A stretch of 64,000 bases of DNA from Candidatus Latescibacterota bacterium (GTDB taxonomy: Bacteria; Latescibacterota; UBA2968; GCA-2709665): positions 1-64,000 of the forward strand of contig CAXXJS010000032.1 in the NCBI GenBank assembly GCA_963662665.2, given 5' to 3'. The notes under the pieces were generated by a model. It did no database searches. It was not told the origin of the DNA and saw only the letters and a list, made by a program, of their open reading frames with translations. This document shows positions 1-9,816 of this stretch, piece after piece; position 1 is the first letter of the stretch; every line of letters begins with the position of its first letter. A program made the translations under genes and the position numbers.

Positions 1-1
1 C

Positions 2-1819
2 ATAAAAAACGTATTCGTAAGGCGCCTAGAAGAGTTCCGTGACGAACTAATGAACGCCGCAAACCTCGTCTTGGGGACTGAGCACACTGTTGCGTTTGTT
101 GGAGATATCGGCGTAGGAAAATCCACCGCTATATGCCGCGTATCTGACCTTGAGGTACAAAAGGATAGAACTCACATGCCCGTACTTGAAGTAGGCGGCG
201 GCGGCGTGACGATATGCGAAGTCCATCTCGCACATGGACCTCACTATGGGTTCGTCGTAGAACCCATGGGCGAAAGCGAACTTCGGAGAGAGGTTATTGA
301 GTTCGCTCATTTCCTCAAGCGTTCATCAAACGCGAATCGAGAGGTGGAAACAGAAGACATTGATTCTCACGGGACCTCAAAAGAGATAGAGCGGGCAATC
401 CGAAACATGAGCGGACTAACCAGGAAAGTTAAAAGAGACACCAAACCTGACGGTAAGAGAGTACGGGTAACCGTGGACTCCGCAAAGGAGCTAACGGATA
501 AAATCGCAGACTCGTCTGCTCTCGCGGTTGAAATCTTGACGAGAATGGCTCTCCAGAAAAGAACAAGGCGCGAACTACGGCATTCCGACCACGCTGGCAA
601 CGAACCCCTACAGTGGTTAAAGAAGAATTTCGAGGAGGTGAACAACGGAAGACATCCCGAATTCTCCATACCCAAGCGCATTGAGATCACCGTGCCTCAG
701 CTAATTCTTGGGGAGGATTCGCTGTCTATCCGTATTGTGGACACAAAGGGCATTGATCGTACAGCCGAACGAAGGGATTTGGAAGAACATCTAAGTGCCC
801 CTAACACCATTGTGATACTTTGTTCTTCGTTCAACGCTGCGCCCTCGATATCGGTGCAACAGCTTTTGGAAAGGGCGAAAAAAGGGCGTGTTGTCAATTT
901 ACAGACTAAGGTCGCGGTGTTGGCCTTGCCGCGACCTGGTGAAGCCCTAGCTGTCAAGGATGACGCGGGATTTTCGGCAGAAACGAAGGATGACGGGTAT
1001 GATCTGAAAAGCGAGCAAGTTGAAATGCGTATAGGGGCTCTGAACGTTCCCGACATCTCCGTGGGGTTTTTTAATGCGCTTGATGATGCGCCCGAACGGC
1101 TCAGTGTCTTCTTGTTGGAATTGGTTACTAGCCTCAGACAAAGACATCGAGAAAATCTCAAACAAGCGATAGATGGTACCAATTATCTCGTGCAAAATTA
1201 CGAAAAAACGCAGGTCCATGATATACAGCGAAAAGCGGCCAACTCTCTAATCAGATGGCGAAGAAACAACCGGGAAATCGGGGACTTCCCTTCGCAAATA
1301 GAGGATAGTTTGCTCTCCGCCATCAATAATGCACACGCCAGTTCATTACGGGCAAGCGTTCGGCGACAGGGGGTATGGTACAACCTTGATTATTCACATC
1401 AACTCGGCTACGGTGCTCGTTCAGTGGCGGCGGTTGCTGTGGGAACCAAATTGGAACAGTTTAAAGCGGTCGCTGACAATCTTCTCCAGGACCCTGAGTT
1501 AGAGGTCGCTTACAGTCTGCTGCGACAAGCCCGCCATATCCTCGAATCCGGGACGGAAGATCTTCTACAGAAATGTCAGCATCTTGGAACGACAATTCAT
1601 ACCGGATATTTAAAACCTGACGGAACACTCTGGGCGAATTGCGATAGGGAGTGGGGTAGAGGTATAGGGTATCGTGATCGAGTATCGAATCACCAGAAAG
1701 AGTGGTTTAATGATGAAAGCTACAAGAACACCGGACTGGCAGACGCGTTTATTGAACTTGTCACAAGAGAATGGCAGGAAGTCCTAAAACGCCTACGGGA
1801 CATCCTTGAAGAAAATTGA
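2..1819 (+). CDS. Dynamin-like/P-loop GTPase-domain protein, 5'-partial (frame is open to the window edge); probable defence-island gene
   Basis: Walker A/G1 GDIGVGKST, G2-like GGVT and G3 IVDTKG, followed by a long helical C-terminus. There is no stop codon between nt 2 and the ATG at 50. Confidence 0.7.
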   Translation: MKNVFVRRLEEFRDELMNAANLVLGTEHTVAFVGDIGVGKSTAICRVSDLEVQKDRTHMPVLEVGGGGVTICEVHLAHGPHYGFVVEPMGESELRREVIEFAHFLKRSSNANREVETEDIDSHGTSKEIERAIRNMSGLTRKVKRDTKPDGKRVRVTVDSAKELTDKIADSSALAVEILTRMALQKRTRRELRHSDHAGNEPLQWLKKNFEEVNNGRHPEFSIPKRIEITVPQLILGEDSLSIRIVDTKGIDRTAERRDLEEHLSAPNTIVILCSSFNAAPSISVQQLLERAKKGRVVNLQTKVAVLALPRPGEALAVKDDAGFSAETKDDGYDLKSEQVEMRIGALNVPDISVGFFNALDDAPERLSVFLLELVTSLRQRHRENLKQAIDGTNYLVQNYEKTQVHDIQRKAANSLIRWRRNNREIGDFPSQIEDSLLSAINNAHASSLRASVRRQGVWYNLDYSHQLGYGARSVAAVAVGTKLEQFKAVADNLLQDPELEVAYSLLRQARHILESGTEDLLQKCQHLGTTIHTGYLKPDGTLWANCDREWGRGIGYRDRVSNHQKEWFNDESYKNTGLADAFIELVTREWQEVLKRLRDILEEN

Positions 1820-2023
1820 GAGATGCCCTTGGATCCAAGACTCACACTCATTGAAAACTCAAATCGTCCTTGTCTTTTGAAAGGTGCGCTGCCAAAAGGA
1901 TATAGCCGACTTTCGAGAATCGCGTTCCGGCGTATCCGCCATAACGGCCGGTGAAGTGACCACCAGAGCGTAACCGTTTGGCTTGTGTGGAGGGGCGAGC
2001 GATTACCTAATGGGAGGAAAACT

Positions 2024-2821
2024 ATGTCAATACCGGTGGAAGATAAGAAACGGCTATACGCCGCCCTACGATCCGAACTGAACAATCTATCGATCCAAAA
2101 CATCAGAAATACAGTCGCCGCGGCAGGGTTCGACGTCTCTAAGATTACTGCCAAAGCCGAAGCACAAAGTGGCCTCGGAAGCCGAGCCGAGGTGATGCCG
2201 GCAGTGGATGGGCTGTTCCGGCAAATGAGCGATTCTGCACAAGAGACGGCATTGCGTATTTTAGCAGAGCGACTGATGGAACACAGTCCTGATTTGCAGA
2301 CCAGTACAAAGGAAATTCTGGGCCGTCACGGTTATCAGTTTATAGATGGCAACTTCATCCCTGTGCACGAAATCGATGCACGGGAGGCCGGGTTTATCCC
2401 AAAATCTGCCGCGAACGAGATTGGCCGAGCCATGTCTCGACTTATCGATGGTGACTACAGTGGTGCAATCACATCGGCCTGCGGCGCAGTGGACTTGGTG
2501 ACCCAAGCCATTTATGAAAATCTCAGTCTTGGAAACCCGGGACAAGCTTCATTTCAGACAAAAGTAAACACGGCCCTTAAGCGGTTCGGCGTATTCGAGG
2601 CGATGAGGGAGGAATTCGTTAGCGCTGGCATGAAGCCTGAGGATGTTTCAGCCGCAGTTGACCACATGAAGAAATCCTGCAACCACGCGGCCCACGCTCT
2701 CCAGGTACTCCGCCGCGCGATGGGCGATACCCACGGATCGAAGCCTGCTCTGCGCCAGACAGCTTATGACACGGTAAAATGGTCATCGGCGATCTGTGGA
2801 CTTCTTCAACGAGATTCGTGA
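2024..2821 (+). CDS. Abortive-infection (Abi_C/HEPN-like) family protein
   Basis: GGAGG RBS before the ATG at 2024. The C-terminal domain has DYSGAITSA...LRRAMGDTHG, an R-x-H motif typical of Abi_C/HEPN. Confidence 0.6.
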   Translation: MSIPVEDKKRLYAALRSELNNLSIQNIRNTVAAAGFDVSKITAKAEAQSGLGSRAEVMPAVDGLFRQMSDSAQETALRILAERLMEHSPDLQTSTKEILGRHGYQFIDGNFIPVHEIDAREAGFIPKSAANEIGRAMSRLIDGDYSGAITSACGAVDLVTQAIYENLSLGNPGQASFQTKVNTALKRFGVFEAMREEFVSAGMKPEDVSAAVDHMKKSCNHAAHALQVLRRAMGDTHGSKPALRQTAYDTVKWSSAICGLLQRDS

Positions 2822-2954
2822 GGCCGGAATCCGGTTCATGGCCACCACGTTTCGCCTCACGTAGGTCTTGACATTGCGGTCGCCATCAGACTACACTGTG
2901 CCTTCCGAACCGGCAGAATTTTCCATCAATCAAGCCCACAGGGAGCATAAACCG

Positions 2955-3786
2955 ATGCGAAGAATATGTTTTCTGATGTGTGTATACGCGTCTATCTGTG
3001 TTTGTTTCAGCTCATTGGGCTACGCCTCTCCGGCGCCAGCTGAAAGCGTCCACTTCTGTCTGCCTCTCGACATCGACGAAATGCAGGCGCGCGACAGCAT
3101 CTATGCCGCGAGCAAACAGACGTTGAATCTAAACGTCGGACCCTCACGGACGGTCCGCATGATCTACTTTCTCCCCAACGACCGCCCGTACCGCGCCAGC
3201 GTGGTGGACTCTATGAAGAGGACGATTCGTCAGATTCAGACCTTCTACGGCGAGCAAATGCAGGGGTACGGATATGGCTACAAGACGTTTGCCTTCGAAT
3301 CCGATGCATCGGGGGAACCAATCGTCCATCGTTTGGACGGGCAATACCCTGATAGTCACTATATTGACAACACATCTCGGGCAGTGCTTGACGAGGTTGA
3401 ACTGGTCTTTGATCTTGATGAGAATGTTTGCCTTCTTGTCATCGACAATAGTACAAACAAAATTGGTACCGGCGGTGGTGAAAGTGCTGCGGGAGTTGGT
3501 GCCAATCTGGGGAAAGTAGGTGGCTTTGGGTTGATTCATGGTGAATTTTCATTCGGGACTGCAGCCCACGAACTCGGACATGCATTTGGCTTGATGCACA
3601 ATTTCAAACACTACGCTTATATCATGTCTTACGGTCGTGAAGGCTTGCAGACACCAAGAGAGAGGGAGAGGCTGTCGGCTTGCAATAGCGAGTTCTTGGC
3701 AGTACATCCTTACTTCAATTCAGATGTCGCGGAACGCGAAGTAAGGCCACCTTCAGTCGCACTCATTTCTCCAACGAGTCATCTAC
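2955..3786 (+). pseudogene. 5' part of an IS-interrupted secreted protein: signal peptide plus zinc metallopeptidase (metzincin) domain
   Basis: Hydrophobic signal MRRICFLMCVYASICVCF and HEXXHXXGXXH motif HELGHAFGLMH. The ORF ends only because it runs into the IS end at 3787. Confidence 0.8.
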
Positions 3787-5484
3787 CCTGACCTATTCAT
3801 GAATCGTCAGGGATTGCAGATTCGTGCAGCAGAAGCAGCTTTCGAGTGAGTCTAAGAACGCAGGAGAAAGCTGGCTGTGCGGAACTGGCGTTTTCAAGCG
3901 ATTTCAGGGTGTATTTTTGTAGCAGGGTCGCGTGGAGGCGTCAGGATGACCTTGTTGTGACTGCCAAGAGCACAGACTTCTCCATTGCTTTTGGTGGTAG
4001 CAATCAAGACGTGAAGGCGGCCTGTTCCAGATGGAAACGTTATGGCATGGCGGTTCCCAGATTGTAGAGCATGGTTCGATAGAGGTGTTTGAGTGGAAAC
4101 GCCGTTGGCAGATGGAACGTGATTTTGGTTTTCAGTTCACAAACGCGCCCGGCGACTTTCAAGATGCGGTTTTGCAGCGTATTAAACTGGGCGTTCGTCC
4201 ACGTGGTGCCGCGCAACCCGATATGGGCCAGGGCGTGTACCAACACATAGGCGGCGCTGTGGAGAAAGAGCCGGAAGTGATTGGCGTGGAAGGTGTGGCA
4301 AGAGGTGCGATCGGAATGCAGAAAGGTCTTGTGATTCTTGATGAAGTTTTCCATCCTGCCGCGTGAGCAATAAGCGGTTTTGTAGATGAATGACGGTTGT
4401 GCGCCGTTCAGGTTGGTGACCACGAATCGGATATTGTGACCTTGCGGGGTGACTTCTGCCTTGCAGATGATGCGGCGTGGGGAAGACCAGCTGCCGGCCT
4501 GATAGTCCCAACAGCGATACAGGCGAACAGGTTTTCCCCCATCTGCATACAGCGCTTTGGCCTGGTCCATCAAGGGCTGTGCCAATCGCAGCAGCACCGC
4601 GTTTCCGCCTTGTCCGAGGATAAAAAACACATCGTTTTCGTCACACATCGTGTGTACTTCCGGACACGAAAAGTGTGAATCGCCACGCAGCAGGATCTTG
4701 ACATCGGGCCATGCGTGACGCAGGTAGGCGATCACCCGTTTGAGAATCGACACGATCTCTTTGCCCGTGGGTCGGCGGCCCGGACGCAAGACCGTCGTGA
4801 TCAACTTGCCGGTTTGCCCTTCATAGATATGCAGGGGTTGGTAGCAATAGCCCTTGAAATACGCATTGAATAACGACAACTGCTGGGATCCATACACCTT
4901 GTCTTCCGTGTCATCGATATCCAACAGGATGGCTTCGGGGGGGTGCTTATACGAGGCGATAAACGCATCGGCAAAGGCCGTCGCGATCCGATATAAGTCA
5001 CCTCTGGTGATCCGGTTCTCGAACCGACTCATCGTGGGTTGACTGGCCAGGTTTGCACCGGTGACCGGCAACCGATCGCAGGCCGCCTTGAAGCCGGGGT
5101 CGCTACGCAACGTATTGCAGTCGTTCGCATCCTCATACCCACACGCCATCTGAAAGACACGCTGAGTCAGCAGGTCCACCGACGGGTGATCCACGTAACT
5201 TGGATGCCGACGATCTGTTATCGCCTCGACGATCCGACACAAAATGCCGATTTTGGATTCCACCTCTCGAAGCAGCATCGCCCCGGTGTCGCTGGTCAGC
5301 ATGCCCCCGTCGAAGGTGGCTTCCACCCGTTTGCCAGAAACACTTGCGAAAGACATCCTTTGTTGTTTATCTTGACCTGCCACGGTAGTTTCCTCCCGGT
5401 TCATTGTTATCAGGTTATTCGCGTAACCATAATATAATACAATGATTTGGGTAAGGAAACTACCTTTTTTGTGAATTATTCAGA
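3787..5484 (-). mobile_element. IS1380-family insertion sequence (1,698 bp) with CTAC target-site duplication
   Basis: Imperfect terminal IRs CCTGACCTATTCATG / TCTGAATAATTCACA. CTAC flanks both ends (3783-3786 and 5485-5488). One DDE transposase lies inside. Confidence 0.9.
4040..5404 (-). CDS. IS1380-family transposase
   Basis: Motifs FDGGMLTSDTG, GYEDAND, LASQPTMSRFEN, LDIDDT, LRGDSHF and Y..RG.MEN.IK are characteristic of IS1380 transposases. Confidence 0.95.
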   Translation of the reverse strand: MNREETTVAGQDKQQRMSFASVSGKRVEATFDGGMLTSDTGAMLLREVESKIGILCRIVEAITDRRHPSYVDHPSVDLLTQRVFQMACGYEDANDCNTLRSDPGFKAACDRLPVTGANLASQPTMSRFENRITRGDLYRIATAFADAFIASYKHPPEAILLDIDDTEDKVYGSQQLSLFNAYFKGYCYQPLHIYEGQTGKLITTVLRPGRRPTGKEIVSILKRVIAYLRHAWPDVKILLRGDSHFSCPEVHTMCDENDVFFILGQGGNAVLLRLAQPLMDQAKALYADGGKPVRLYRCWDYQAGSWSSPRRIICKAEVTPQGHNIRFVVTNLNGAQPSFIYKTAYCSRGRMENFIKNHKTFLHSDRTSCHTFHANHFRLFLHSAAYVLVHALAHIGLRGTTWTNAQFNTLQNRILKVAGRVCELKTKITFHLPTAFPLKHLYRTMLYNLGTAMP

Positions 5485-5488
5485 CTAC

Positions 5489-8400
5489 AAAACTCGCCGA
5501 CCATGCAGTTGCGATTTAGAGTCAGCGATTCAGATGGACTCCACCAGGTAGTTCTGCTCGTTAAGACAAACGAACCACACCCGGCAGCAGGATTTCTTGA
5601 AGTTAAAGCCTGTCGTGGATTGAGGGGTCAGACAAGCAACATCGTGGAATTCGAATACGACGGTGTTATTCCATCTGAATGGAGAATGACTTCTTCGTAC
5701 CACGACGAGCATCCGATTACGATCTACGCCGTGGATACTGAAGGGAATGTAAAGCAAAACGAAGTCACATTCACGTGGACGCGATTTCCACCCGCAGATT
5801 TATCAATCGCATCCCTCAAGGGACATCGTCGTCCCGTTCGCTCTGTAGCGTTTGCACCGATCGGAAATACACTGGCATCGACGTCTGGAGACAGCACACT
5901 AAAGCTGTGGGACGTTGTGACACACCGCAATCTCAACACGATAGGTCTTACGTATCAAGTTAATTCTCTGGCGTTTGAGCCAAATGGAAAAACGCTGGCA
6001 GTTGGATCGAATAGTAATGCTGTTAACCTATTCGATCTGACATCGAGGCAAGCGAATGTCACTACACTTGGATCACTTAGATCTTCTGTGACATCTGTGG
6101 CATTCGCACAAGATGGAAGTACTCTTGCTGCGTCGTCATTTGGACAGGTTAGGCTGTGGGATATTGCGACACGAGCAACTCTAGCCAATCTCAGTCATAA
6201 CAATATGGTCGAGTCCGTGGCATTCTCACCCGATGGCAAAACCCTTGCTGCAGGTTCATGGGGTGGTCCGAATTCAGAATATGCCGGAGAAATCTGGCTG
6301 TGGGACGTGCATACGAGACGACAAATCGGCATCCTAGCCGGGCATAGCGCAAGCGTAACGTCTGTAGCGTTTTCACCCAGTGGAAAGACGCTCGTTTCTG
6401 GATCGAATGATGAACTGGTCAAGCTATGGGATATCTCTACGAAATCAAACATCGCCACATTTGAAGGGCATCAGTCTGAGATTCGTTCAGTAGCATTTTC
6501 TCCTGATGGCAAACTGCTTGCATCGGGTTCGCAGTATCGCGTAACTGGGTCAGAAGCCACCGGATCCCTGAATACGATCAAGCTGTGGGACGTGGAAACA
6601 CAACGACTTCTTAAAACATTAAGGCATGTTGATGAACAGGCAGATCGGGCGTATCCTGTACATTCTATCGCCTTCTCACCTGGGGGGTCAATCCTTGCAT
6701 CCGGAGGAGGCGGTTGGGACGCGGAAGGCACCGTCATGCTATGGGACCTGTCCGAATGGACATCCCGTCTACTGGAGCCTCAGTCGCTACAAATAATCTC
6801 CGGGCAAAACCAGCAGTCATCGACGGGTTCAGAGTTGGCGAACCCGTTTGTCGTTGAGGTAAGAGATCATAATGGCAATCCCCTACAAGGAGTGCAGGTC
6901 GCGTTTACTGTCACTGCCGGCGACGGGAGACTCAGTGGGAGATCCACTGCTGAGATAGCAACCACAGATGCCAACGGCAGGGCAGCAGTCAGGATGAGAC
7001 TTGGGACGAATCCGGGGACAACCGTCGTCGTGGCGAGTGTTGCTGGTCTCGATGCTGTGGCTTTCGCCGCAGTGGCGACAGGTTCGGTTGCCTTTCCGAA
7101 CGACAACAGCCTGCGGGGGCATAGACGCGTCGTCCGTTCCGTCGCCTTTTCTCCTGATGGCCAGATGATCGCTTCAGGGTCGGCGGATAGCACCGTAATC
7201 CTTTGGGATGTCGCGACACGCCGTGATATTGCCACACTCCAGCATACACATTTGGTTCGCTCTGTTGCCTTCTCCCCCAACGGCGCAATTCTAGCGGTTG
7301 GCTCGAATAGTAGAGCGATCGAGATGTGGGACGTCGCGACACATCGAAAGATTGGTACACTTCACGGACACAGACATTTGGTTACGTCGTTAGCATTCTC
7401 TCCTGATGGCACGATTCTTGCGACCGGATCACGGGACCGCACGATCAAACTGTGGGAAGTTGGGACTCGCCATAATATCGCTACGCTATCTGATATGCAC
7501 GTAGTTGAGTCTGTGGCCTTCTCGCCGGATGGTACAATACTCGCATCAGGGTCGTGGGGTGGTAACAGTTCGGCTGATCCGGGATTCGTCCGGTTATGGG
7601 ATGTGGTGACAAGACAACAGATCTCAAAGCTCGAGGGCCATGGCGGCGCAGTCCGTTCAGTCGCATTCTCACCCGATGGCACACACTTGGCGTCGGGAGC
7701 AGAAGACTACTCTTCGGGGTCATACGATGGAAAGGTCATACTTTGGGATATCGGTACACGAAAAAGCATCGCGACGCTGGATGGATATGACTCCTGGGTG
7801 TATGCGGTTGCGTTTTCACCTGACGGTACGATTCTAGCCTCAGGCACACGTGACAGTGGTTACCCGTCAGCGAATAACACGCTAAAGCTGTGGGATTTGT
7901 CGACAAGGAAATTCGTCGCGACTCTGAGACACATTGATAGAAGCACAGGTCACGCGCAACCTATTCATTCTGTTGCATTTTCACCGGACGGAACAATCGT
8001 TGCGTCTGGCGGAGGACGTTGGGACTTGGAAAGTTCCGTGGTTCTATGGGATGTGTCGCAATATACATCAACAGTTCCACGATCTTCCGGTTCTAACTCC
8101 GACGCGGTGTTGTCCCTCGACCTGATTCCGAATGGCGGCGCGGGCAATCAGGTGAACGATGGCGTTACGTCAGGCACAGTTTCCGGAAAGGACACGAAGA
8201 TCGCCGTCGAAGTTTTCGCGTCAGACGTGAAGACGTCGCTGGCCGGCCTGCTGGTCAAGTTCGACTTCGATTCTTCTGTTCTCGCGTTCGTCAAAGCAGA
8301 AAGTGGCGCGTTTGGCTTTAACATTCCTCAAGCCACCGGCACATACTTTGCGGCCACCAATAATGTTGTTTTGCCGGCCTCGGGGTTTCTGACGCGGGGA

Positions 8401-9150
8401 GAGTTCAAGACCCTGATTGATGTAACGAATCGACCGTTCTCCATTGGCATTGACGTCGTGACGCTCGCCGAAAGCCAGACTGTATCAAACGACATCAGAA
8501 CCACGAAAGTCATATCGTTCAATGCTGCCCCGCCACCTGCTGCTTTTTCGATTTCCCTGGACGGCAATAGTGCCGCTGGCGATCAGGGCATCACAATGCT
8601 CGACGTGGCCACCGGATCGGTTGTCCCGATACAGCTTTTTGGTAATGATATCCGGGGTGTAAGCGGTGTTTCCGCCCGGTTTGAATATGACGCGGCTCAG
8701 GTCGGTTATGGCGGGTTCGATCCGGGAAGCCTGTTGCCGAATGCGCAGGTACTCGCGGTGCCTGCGACGAATCCAACCGCCATTGATATCAACGTCGTGT
8801 CATTTGGCGGACAGGTCGCGGTCGATAGTGGAATGGTTGGCAGCGTTCGTTTCCGCACGACGGACGGGTTTTCGGGTTCGACGATTCGGATGGTAAGCGC
8901 TGAGATCGGACGCGGAGACGAGCGCGAGAGCATAACGCCATCTGATATCGCCGTCACCCTGAGGCTGGCTGAACCGTCGCCGGACTTCAACGGAGACGGC
9001 AGGGTCGATTTTGGCGACTTTGTGGCGTTTGGCATGCACTTCGGCGCAAGCCAGGGCGATGCGAGATACGACGCGAAGTACGACCTGGATCAAGACGGCA
9101 TGATCGGATTTGGAGACTTCCTGATATTCGGGCAGGAATTCGGCACGTAA
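5489..9150 (+). pseudogene. 3' part of the IS-interrupted gene: two WD40 beta-propellers, an Ig-like (Big_1) domain, cohesin-like domains and a C-terminal dockerin/EF-hand pair; could be translated alone from the ATG at 5503
   Basis: Many GH...V.SVAFSPDG..LASGS.D..LWD repeats, TTDANGRA Ig-like segment, and the duplicated DFNGDGRVDFGDF...DLDQDGMIGFGDF motif. It is in frame with 2955-3786 once the IS is removed. Confidence 0.85.
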
Positions 9151-9771
9151 CGTCGAATTCATGCCGACACTGACATTCGACATTTCGAAAGCAGAATTGT
9201 GGAAGCAGCCGACGTGATTCGTGGAAGACACTGAGCGCTACGGGCGGATCCACACGCTTTGTTTGGATGTTGTGAGAAGCAAGACGATTACATCACCGTC
9301 TTTTCATTCTTAAAAAACGAGGGGATCTTTGGATCGCCCTCGTTTCTTCTTTGGAGCTGGTAGCCAAACGTGCAGGAAACCCCGAACTCTCAGGTGTAGC
9401 AAAACGCGACACCGGCGGTTCGATGCTCAACTGTACTGAATTCCCTTTATCTGATGCAGGGTAGGAGGCAGGTTGATTACGACATGAAACCCTTCGCTCA
9501 CCATCGATGTCCGACGCCAAGACCACGCGTCCCCTGTTGTTCCGAAAAGCAGCGAGAGAGCGATCAGCTCTCAGTAATCGGCTTGAACCAAGAATCCAAT
9601 CCGTTGTTGACGTCAGCGCCGTGAAGAGGCAGGACCAGAAGTGGCGCAGCGAGGGCAAGGATGCCCTCGCTCCCGGGAAAAGCAGCGGAAACAGCTATAA
9701 GCGACTGGCAGTCAGCTAAACCCGGTGGACGTAACGTCCACGCGTAATCAATTCGCGGATGCCCGGCTTAT

Positions 9772-9794
9772 GTAGGGGCGATCGGCCGGTCGCC
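9772..9794 (+). repeat. GTAG-type REP-like palindrome
   Basis: GTAGGGGCGATCGGCCGGTCGCC: GTAG followed by a GC-rich hairpin in intergenic DNA. Confidence 0.45.
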
Positions 9795-9816
9795 GGCTCG
9801 ATGCCTGACGGTAGAC

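Noticed and set aside
5800-8060. Recurring ~25-30 nt similar motifs that could suggest a CRISPR array
   Set aside because: They are degenerate coding repeats of WD40 blades (SVAFSPDG), not identical repeats with spacers.
9160-9720. Short ORFs in the gap after the WD40 gene
   Set aside because: No consistent frame, RBS or motif. Probably decayed sequence that I cannot assign.
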